Shown here piece after piece: positions 57,851-64,000 of a stretch of DNA of 64,000 nt. Both the position numbers and the translations under genes were made by a program. Below the pieces are notes generated by a model, which was not told where the DNA came from, did no database searches, and worked only from the letters and a program-made list of their open reading frames with translations. The stretch covers positions 6,168 through 70,167 of the forward strand of contig CAZBBK010000022.1 of the NCBI GenBank assembly GCA_964490075.1. The letters run 5' to 3'. Positions within the stretch are counted from its first letter, which is position 1. Each line of letters starts with the position of its first letter. This stretch comes from an uncultured Gemmatimonadota bacterium (GTDB lineage: Bacteria > GCA-2686955).

Positions 57851-59908
57851 TCACCGCCGCCCCAGCGCCTCGATCTTGGTCGCCAGGCGCGCCCGCATCG
57901 GGCCGACGAGCTCCGCGGGCTCCGGGAGCCCCAGCACGCAGGAGTCGGCCTGCTGGTAGTGCCGCAGGGCCAGCTCGGGCGGCTCGCGCTGCGCCAGCAG
58001 GTCGGCGAGCATCTCGTGGGCCTGGCCGGTGGTGACGCGGTGCGGGTAGGCGCGGCGGCCGGGCCGCGGGCGGTGCTCGGCCGCGAGCTCGAGCATCTCC
58101 TCGAGGACCGCCCGCGCTCCCGCGCGCATCCCGCCGTGCAGATAGGATGCGGCCAGGTAGAGGTGGGCCTGGGAATGCAGCGCCGACTCGATCTGCGAGC
58201 GAAAGGCTGCGGCGGCCTCGGTGAAGCGCTCGGCGTGGTAATGGGCGACGCCGATGTTGTAGCGCAGCTCGGCGAAGGCGGGGCAGGCGCGCTCGATCTC
58301 CAGGTAGCGGGCGAGGGCCTGCTCGGTGCGGCCGCCGGTGAGCTCGGCGAAGGCCAGCAGGTAGGCGACTTCGAGCGAGGCCGGCAGCAGGCGCTGGGCC
58401 TGCTCGAGCGCCGGCAGCGCGGCGGCGGCGCGGCCGGCGTCGATCGGCGCTTGGGCGATGACCAAGAGGCGCTCGGCGCGCCAGCTGCGGGCGGCGAGGG
58501 AGCCGAGGATGAGCGCCAGGGCACAAGCGGCGAGGGCGACCAGGGCACCGGCGCTGCGCCGGAGCGGGTGCGGGGCGGCCGCCCGGGGCGCCGGGGCGAG
58601 CAGCCCGGTCAAGAGCCCGGCGAGGATCCAGAAGAGCCCGCGCACGCCGGGCGTGGCAGGCGCGATGCCGACCGCGCCGTGCACCAGGCCGCCCGCGAGG
58701 GCGAGGGCGAGGGCGACCCGCCAGCGCGCCTCGGGATCGTGCAGCGGCCGGGCCAGCGCGTCGCCGAGCAGCCAGGCGAGGGCCACGATCCACAAACACG
58801 CGCCGGGCACGCCTCCCTCGACCGCCCACTCGAGCAGCGCCGAGTGGGTGTGACGGGTGTTCCAGGCGACGTGCAGCAGGTGCAGATCGTGGGGGCGCCA
58901 GCGGGCGAAGGCGCGCACGAAGCCGCCCGGTCCGTGACCGCGCAGAGGCCGCTCGGCGATCGCGCGCGCGGCGCTGCCCCAGAGCGCCAGGCGCACAAAA
59001 GCGGTGTTGACGTCGAGCTCGTCTCGCGCCAGCGCCTCGAGCGCGGCCGGGGGATGGTCGGCCAGGTCCTGGCGGCTGCCGAGGTAGGCCTGGGTGCCGG
59101 CGGTCAGCACGAGGGCGGCGGCGATCAGCAGAGTGAGCGCGCGGCGCGGGACCGGGCCCGCCGGCGCCGGCTCGCGGCCTCCGCGGGCGCGGGCGCCGCG
59201 ACGGCGGAGCAGGATCGGGCCGGCCAGCGCCAACATCGCGACCACGGCGAGCCAGGCTCCCTGCGACTGACCGGTCCAAATGCCGAAGGCGGCGCACGAG
59301 GCGACCAGCCCCGTCGCGATTCGGCTCCAGCGGCCGGCGCGCGGATCGGTCGCATGCGCCAGCAGCAAGGGCAGGGAGAGCACCAGCACCGCCGCCATCA
59401 GATAGCGGTTGCCCATGGTGCCGAGCAGCGAGCCGGGGGCGTCGGCCCACACCACCGGATCGAGCCCGGCGCGCTGCCCGGCCATGTAGAGGAACGCGGG
59501 GAGCAGCGCCAGGCAGAGCGTCGCGGTGAGCATGCGCGGCGCCGCGCTCCGATTGCGGCGCGCGAGCGCGAAGGCCCAGAAGAAGAGAACGAGCGCCGAC
59601 ACCGTGTCGGCGAAGGCGACCACCGCGACCTGCCCCCCGAGCGCCGAGCTCGCCGGCAAGGGCAGCAGCCACAGCGCCGCGGCGCCGAGCATCCAACCCT
59701 GCGGGGGAAGCGGTGCCAGGTTGGTGGCCGTCCCCAAAAACGAACCCCGGACGAAGCTCGAGAGAGCGATGCCGGCCCCGGTCCAGAGCACCACCGACTT
59801 GGGGAAGGTGGGATCGCGGGCCAGAGGATCGAGGGCGACGATCAGGGCGATGAGGACCGATGAGAGGAGGATCGTCGCCGGGGCTGAGCCACGCTTCTCT
59901 GGTGCCAT
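57851..59908 (-). CDS. O-antigen ligase-like membrane protein with C-terminal TPRs
   Basis: Many TM segments; LGTMGNR, RLALW...RPLRGHGPGGF, HTHSALLEWAVEGG; TPR tail. Confidence 0.85.
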   Translation of the reverse strand: MAPEKRGSAPATILLSSVLIALIVALDPLARDPTFPKSVVLWTGAGIALSSFVRGSFLGTATNLAPLPPQGWMLGAAALWLLPLPASSALGGQVAVVAFADTVSALVLFFWAFALARRNRSAAPRMLTATLCLALLPAFLYMAGQRAGLDPVVWADAPGSLLGTMGNRYLMAAVLVLSLPLLLAHATDPRAGRWSRIATGLVASCAAFGIWTGQSQGAWLAVVAMLALAGPILLRRRGARARGGREPAPAGPVPRRALTLLIAAALVLTAGTQAYLGSRQDLADHPPAALEALARDELDVNTAFVRLALWGSAARAIAERPLRGHGPGGFVRAFARWRPHDLHLLHVAWNTRHTHSALLEWAVEGGVPGACLWIVALAWLLGDALARPLHDPEARWRVALALALAGGLVHGAVGIAPATPGVRGLFWILAGLLTGLLAPAPRAAAPHPLRRSAGALVALAACALALILGSLAARSWRAERLLVIAQAPIDAGRAAAALPALEQAQRLLPASLEVAYLLAFAELTGGRTEQALARYLEIERACPAFAELRYNIGVAHYHAERFTEAAAAFRSQIESALHSQAHLYLAASYLHGGMRAGARAVLEEMLELAAEHRPRPGRRAYPHRVTTGQAHEMLADLLAQREPPELALRHYQQADSCVLGLPEPAELVGPMRARLATKIEALGRR

Positions 59909-59995
59909 GGGGAGAGGGTAGGCGTCGCGGGCTGGGGCTGGCGAGGGTCGTCGGTGGCGCGGTCTGTGGATCCCGGCGGCAGCCGTTGGCGGTCC

Positions 59996-60034
59996 TTGAC
60001 AGAATGATGCGGTCGTGCCATATTGGTCGGACCA
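59996..60034 (+). promoter_or_regulatory. Sigma70 promoter with overlapping FadR-type operator
   Basis: TTGACA-17bp-CATATT (59996-60024), directly followed by palindrome TGGTCGGACCA (60024-60034). Confidence 0.75.
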
Positions 60035-60072
60035 CCCGGCCATCCGGCCGATCGAGAGGAGAGCCCGAGCCG

Positions 60073-60771
60073 ATGCCCTTCACGCCGGTCCAGCGCACCA
60101 AGGTCTCGGAGCAGGTGGCGGAGGCGATTCGCGAGGCGATCGTCACCGGCCGCTATGCCCCGGGGGACGGACTGCCCGCCGAGCGCAGCCTCGCCGAGCA
60201 GTTCGGCGTCAACCGCTCGAGCGTGCGCGAGGCGATCCACCGCCTGGAGGCCTGGGGACTGGTGGAGGTGCGCCAGGGCGGCGGCACGCGAGTGGTCGAT
60301 TTTCTGGCGACCGCGGGGCTGCACCTGCTGCCCTTCCTGCTGGCGCCCGGGGGGCGGCTCGATCCGGCGCTGCTGCGCGACCTGCTCGACCTGCGCGTGG
60401 AGCTGCTGGGGTGGACGGCGGAGCAGGCGGCCGGCCACGCGGGAGCGGACGACGCGGCGGCGCTCGAGGCGACGATCGAGGCGCTGGAGGCGGCCGGCGA
60501 TCCGGCGCGCCGGCAGGAGCTCGACTACGACTTCTTCGAGCAGCTGGTGGCCTTGAGCCGCAACCGGGTGCTTGGGCTCCTGGCGAACGCCATCCGCCGG
60601 GTCTACCTCGAGAACCGCGCGCTCTTCCTGGCCTTCTACGGCGGCGACGCGTTCGACACTCTCCACCATTGGGCGTGCGCGGGGGCGCTGCGCGCGGGCG
60701 ACGCCGGCGACGCCCGGGCGGCGATGAGCGCCTACGGCCGCGCCGCGCTGGAAGATTGGATCGCACCGTGA
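60073..60771 (+). CDS. GntR/FadR-family transcriptional regulator
   Basis: LPAERSLAEQFGVNRSSVREAI..LE..GLVEVRQGGGTRV; FadR-like C-terminal domain. Confidence 0.93.
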   Translation: MPFTPVQRTKVSEQVAEAIREAIVTGRYAPGDGLPAERSLAEQFGVNRSSVREAIHRLEAWGLVEVRQGGGTRVVDFLATAGLHLLPFLLAPGGRLDPALLRDLLDLRVELLGWTAEQAAGHAGADDAAALEATIEALEAAGDPARRQELDYDFFEQLVALSRNRVLGLLANAIRRVYLENRALFLAFYGGDAFDTLHHWACAGALRAGDAGDARAAMSAYGRAALEDWIAP

Positions 60772-61823
60772 CCGACAACGGATCCGCCGACACTTTTGTC
60801 GCCGACACTTTTGTCGCCGATAACCGGGCTCGCTTCCAATTCGACCGACCTACCGACCACGTGGAGAGCTGGTTTCTGCGCGCCAACCACCCGACCCGGG
60901 CGCGGGCGCTGTGGCTGAAGGCGACGATTCTGGGGCGCCGTGGCGGAGAGTCGGTGGCCGAGCTCTGGTGCAGTCTCTTCGACGGCGACCGGGGCTGGGC
61001 GCGGGGCCGCAAAGAGACGGTGCCGATCGCCGAGGCGAGCTTCGGCGAGGCACCGCTGGAGGTGGAGATCGCGGGCGGCCGATTCCGCTTCGCGCCGCGG
61101 GGCGGAGAGGCTCGCGGCGAGCTCGACGGGGGCTCGATCAGCTGGGATCTCGGCTGGCGGCCGCTGCGGGGGGCGCTCGGGGAACCGCTCTGCATGCTTC
61201 CGGCGCGCCGCCTGGTCGACGCCGCGCTGCCCAAGAACAAGCTGCTCACGCCGGCCCCGGCGCTGCGCTTTTCGGGCAAGGTGCGCCTCGCCGGGCAAGA
61301 GGAAGAGTGGCGGATCGATGACTGGATCGGCATGCAGGGTCACAACTGGGGGCCGGCCCACGCTCCGCAATACGCCTGGGGTCAGTGTGTCTTCACCGAC
61401 TCCCAGGGCGAGCCCTTCTGCATGGTCGAGGGGGCCGCGGGGCGGATCCGCATCGCCGGAATGTTGTCGCCGGTGCTGGCGCTGATGTGCATCCGTCACG
61501 GCGGGCGCGAGTACCGCTTCGACCGCCTGCTCGATCTGTGGAATCGGCGCACCAGCATCAGCTTTCCCGACTGGACGCTGCGCATGGCCGGGCCCGACGG
61601 CGAAGCGCTGCTGGCGATGCGGGCGCGGCCCGAACGAATGGTGCAGCTCGGCTACAACAACCCGCGCGGGCCGACCTCGTACTGCCTGAACAGCAAGCTG
61701 GCGGCGGTGTCGCTGCGGGTCAATCCGGTCGACGGACACGGCTTCGAATGCCGTTCGGAGCACGGCGGCGCGCTGGAGTTCTTGCGGGGCGAGGCGGCGG
61801 CGGCGATCGACGAGGTGGTCTGA
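60768..61823 (+). CDS. Hypothetical protein, possibly tocopherol-cyclase / lipocalin-like double barrel
   Basis: GTGA overlap with the regulator; HVESWFLRAN, GMQGHNWG..H..YAWGQC. Confidence 0.6.
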   Translation: MTDNGSADTFVADTFVADNRARFQFDRPTDHVESWFLRANHPTRARALWLKATILGRRGGESVAELWCSLFDGDRGWARGRKETVPIAEASFGEAPLEVEIAGGRFRFAPRGGEARGELDGGSISWDLGWRPLRGALGEPLCMLPARRLVDAALPKNKLLTPAPALRFSGKVRLAGQEEEWRIDDWIGMQGHNWGPAHAPQYAWGQCVFTDSQGEPFCMVEGAAGRIRIAGMLSPVLALMCIRHGGREYRFDRLLDLWNRRTSISFPDWTLRMAGPDGEALLAMRARPERMVQLGYNNPRGPTSYCLNSKLAAVSLRVNPVDGHGFECRSEHGGALEFLRGEAAAAIDEVV

Positions 61824-61825
61824 AC

Positions 61826-64000
61826 ATGGCACTGAGCTTCTTCGAGACGATGCGCGGCGAGCTGGTCGACCGCGAGGGCATGAGCCACAAGGTCGACTTC
61901 GACATCAAGGCGGACGCGGCACACACCAGGCGCTTCTTGCGCACCGGACGCTCCCATATCAGCGGCGTGGTGCGGGCCCATCCCTGGGCCGACGACGCGG
62001 CGCTGGACGGGATGCTGCATATTTCTCCGGTGCGCCGGCGCACCATCGAGTATCGCTTCCGCTTTCGCGATGACCAGGAGCGCGACTACCACTTCCTGGG
62101 GCGCAAGACCCTGCGTCTGATGCGACCGCTGCGCTCGATGACCAGGATGCGCGCCACCTTGCGGCGCCAAGGCGAGCTGGTCGCCGAGGGTTCGATGCTC
62201 TTCGATCTCAAGGACCTTCCGGCCTTCGTGGCGGGCTGGTCGGGCGCCTCGTCGATGCAGCGGGTCGATCTGTTGCGGCCGGCGGCCGAGGTCGCGGGGC
62301 TGCCGGCGCTCGGGCCCGGGGCCCGACGCACGCTGGGCGCGCTGGCGGAGCAGATCCTGGCGCCGGGGGAGCACGTGCCTGCGCCCGATCGCCTGACCAT
62401 CGAACGCTGCGGAACGCTCCTGGCCCACCTTCCCCCGCACCTGGTGACCCTCTACCGGTGTGGCCTCTCCACGCTCGACGCGTTGGCGCTGCTGCGCTTC
62501 GGGCGGCGCTTCGCGAAGCTCGATCGGCGCCGGCGCGAGGCGTTGCTGGAGCGGATCGAGCGCCACCCGCGCAGCGGAGGGCGGCTGCTTCTCGGCCTGA
62601 CGATGCCGCTCAAGACCGCTCACTTCGGCCGCCGCGACTACCTCGATTCGCTCGGCGCGCCGAGCTTCGTGAACCGGGTGCGGGAGCCGGAGCCGCGCCA
62701 CATGGCGCAGGTTTCGACGCCGGACGACCTGGGGTTCGAGGTCGACCTGGAGGCCGAGGTGGTGGTGATCGGCAGCGGCGCCGGCGGCGGTCCGGTGGCG
62801 GCGGCGCTGGCGGAGCGCGGGGTGGCGGTGGCGCTGATCGAGGAGGGCGGCTACCGGCGCCGGGCGGAGTTCAGCGGCGCGCCGGAGCAGCGGGTGATGG
62901 AGCTGTGGCGCGACGGTGGGATGCAGTTCACGGCCGGCAACACACCGATCATGGTGCCGACCGGGCGGCTGGTCGGCGGCACCACGGCGATCAACTCCGG
63001 CACCTGCTTCCCCACTCCCGACGCGGTGCTCGACCAGTGGCGGCGCGAGCACGGATTCCCCGAGGATTTCGCGCCGGAGAGCTTCCGGCCTCACCTCGAC
63101 GCGGTGGCGGCGGAGCTGCAGGTTGCTCCGGGGGACTGTCGCTACCTGGGGGCTGCGGCGGAGATCGTCGGGCGCGGCGCCGACGCCCTGGGCAAGGCGC
63201 ACGGGCCGCTGCCGCGCAACGCCCGCGGCTGCGACGGGCAGGGGGTCTGCTCCGTGGGCTGTCCGACCGGCGCCAAGCGCTCCGTCGATGTGTCGTTCGT
63301 GCCGCGGGCGCTGAACGCCGGGGCGCAGCTCTTCACCGGAATGACCGTGACGCGGCTGCTGCGCCGCGGGCAACGGGTGGTGGCGGTAGAGGCGCGCGGG
63401 CGCGACCGCGCCGGAGCGCCGCGAGTGCTGAGGATCCGCGCCGCGGCGGTGGTGGTGGCGGGCGGCACGCTGCACTCCCCGCTGCTGCTGCGCGCCAACG
63501 GAGTGCGGCTGCCGGCGCTGGGGCGCAATCTGTCGCTGCATCCGGCCATCGGCATGACGGCGCGCTGCGCGAGGGCGACCGATCCCTGGAGCGCCATCCC
63601 CCAGGGCTATGGCGTCGAAGGGCTCGTCGATCCACGAATCCGTTTCGAGGGCTTCTATGCTCCACCGCAGCTGCTGGCCCCCGCCTTCTCGCTGCGCGGC
63701 GCGGCGCTGACGCGCTGGATGGATGCTCAGCGGCACAGCGTACAGTTCGGCTTCATGGTGCGCGACCCGAGCGTGGGGCGGGTGCTGCGCGGTCCGGCGG
63801 GGCGTCCGCTGATCCGCTACTCCCTGACGTCCGAGGTGGTCGACCTGATGCGCAAAGGTGCGGCGGGGCTGGCCGAGCTGCTGCTCCGTGGCGGCGCCGA
63901 GGAGGTGTTCACCGGCGTGGCTCCGGCACGGGAGGTGAGCAGCGTGACACAGGCACGGCGCATCGCCGAGCTGCGCTTGCGCGCCCACGATCTCACGGTG
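61826..64000 (+). CDS. GMC-family oxidoreductase with N-terminal extension (partial, runs off right edge)
   Basis: Hand translation from ATG 61826 is in frame with VVVIGSGAGGG, GRLVGGTTAINSGTC, CDGQGVCSVGCPTGAKRS, LGRNLSLHP. Missing from the ORF track because no stop codon lies in the window. Confidence 0.9.
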   Translation, partial: MALSFFETMRGELVDREGMSHKVDFDIKADAAHTRRFLRTGRSHISGVVRAHPWADDAALDGMLHISPVRRRTIEYRFRFRDDQERDYHFLGRKTLRLMRPLRSMTRMRATLRRQGELVAEGSMLFDLKDLPAFVAGWSGASSMQRVDLLRPAAEVAGLPALGPGARRTLGALAEQILAPGEHVPAPDRLTIERCGTLLAHLPPHLVTLYRCGLSTLDALALLRFGRRFAKLDRRRREALLERIERHPRSGGRLLLGLTMPLKTAHFGRRDYLDSLGAPSFVNRVREPEPRHMAQVSTPDDLGFEVDLEAEVVVIGSGAGGGPVAAALAERGVAVALIEEGGYRRRAEFSGAPEQRVMELWRDGGMQFTAGNTPIMVPTGRLVGGTTAINSGTCFPTPDAVLDQWRREHGFPEDFAPESFRPHLDAVAAELQVAPGDCRYLGAAAEIVGRGADALGKAHGPLPRNARGCDGQGVCSVGCPTGAKRSVDVSFVPRALNAGAQLFTGMTVTRLLRRGQRVVAVEARGRDRAGAPRVLRIRAAAVVVAGGTLHSPLLLRANGVRLPALGRNLSLHPAIGMTARCARATDPWSAIPQGYGVEGLVDPRIRFEGFYAPPQLLAPAFSLRGAALTRWMDAQRHSVQFGFMVRDPSVGRVLRGPAGRPLIRYSLTSEVVDLMRKGAAGLAELLLRGGAEEVFTGVAPAREVSSVTQARRIAELRLRAHDLTV

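Overview
GC-rich bacterial DNA, probably from a diderm (OmpA-type protein present); the taxon cannot be assigned from this window. There are no rRNA, tRNA, CRISPR or cas features. Left to right: (1) a secreted M1 aminopeptidase running off the left edge, a 5'-nucleotidase, a solo HipA/YjjJ kinase toxin and an MFS-P-loop-OsmC unit; (2) a complete class I anaerobic benzoyl-CoA pathway operon (had-oah-dch-bcrCBAD-glutaryl-CoA dehydrogenase) followed by a hemerythrin-domain gene; (3) a subtilase split by a 259-bp MITE; (4) a 13.5-kb block of nine co-oriented signalling genes, in which a sigma54 promoter lies just downstream of an intact enhancer-binding protein gene and upstream of a catalytically degenerate paralogue; (5) a PHP-like protein, OmpA and a TPR-CHAT protease / anti-sigma-like / ECF sigma triad; (6) a ~12-kb accessory block flanked by two related 51-bp tandem arrays, holding three paralogous secreted proteins (two, plus a vestigial copy, behind near-identical sigma54 motifs), an intact subtilase, a beta-helix protein and gene remnants; (7) MoaD + BNR propeller, CvpA, an O-antigen-ligase-like protein and a FadR-family-regulated GMC oxidoreductase operon running off the right edge. 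All assignments come from motif recognition by eye; no database searches were run.
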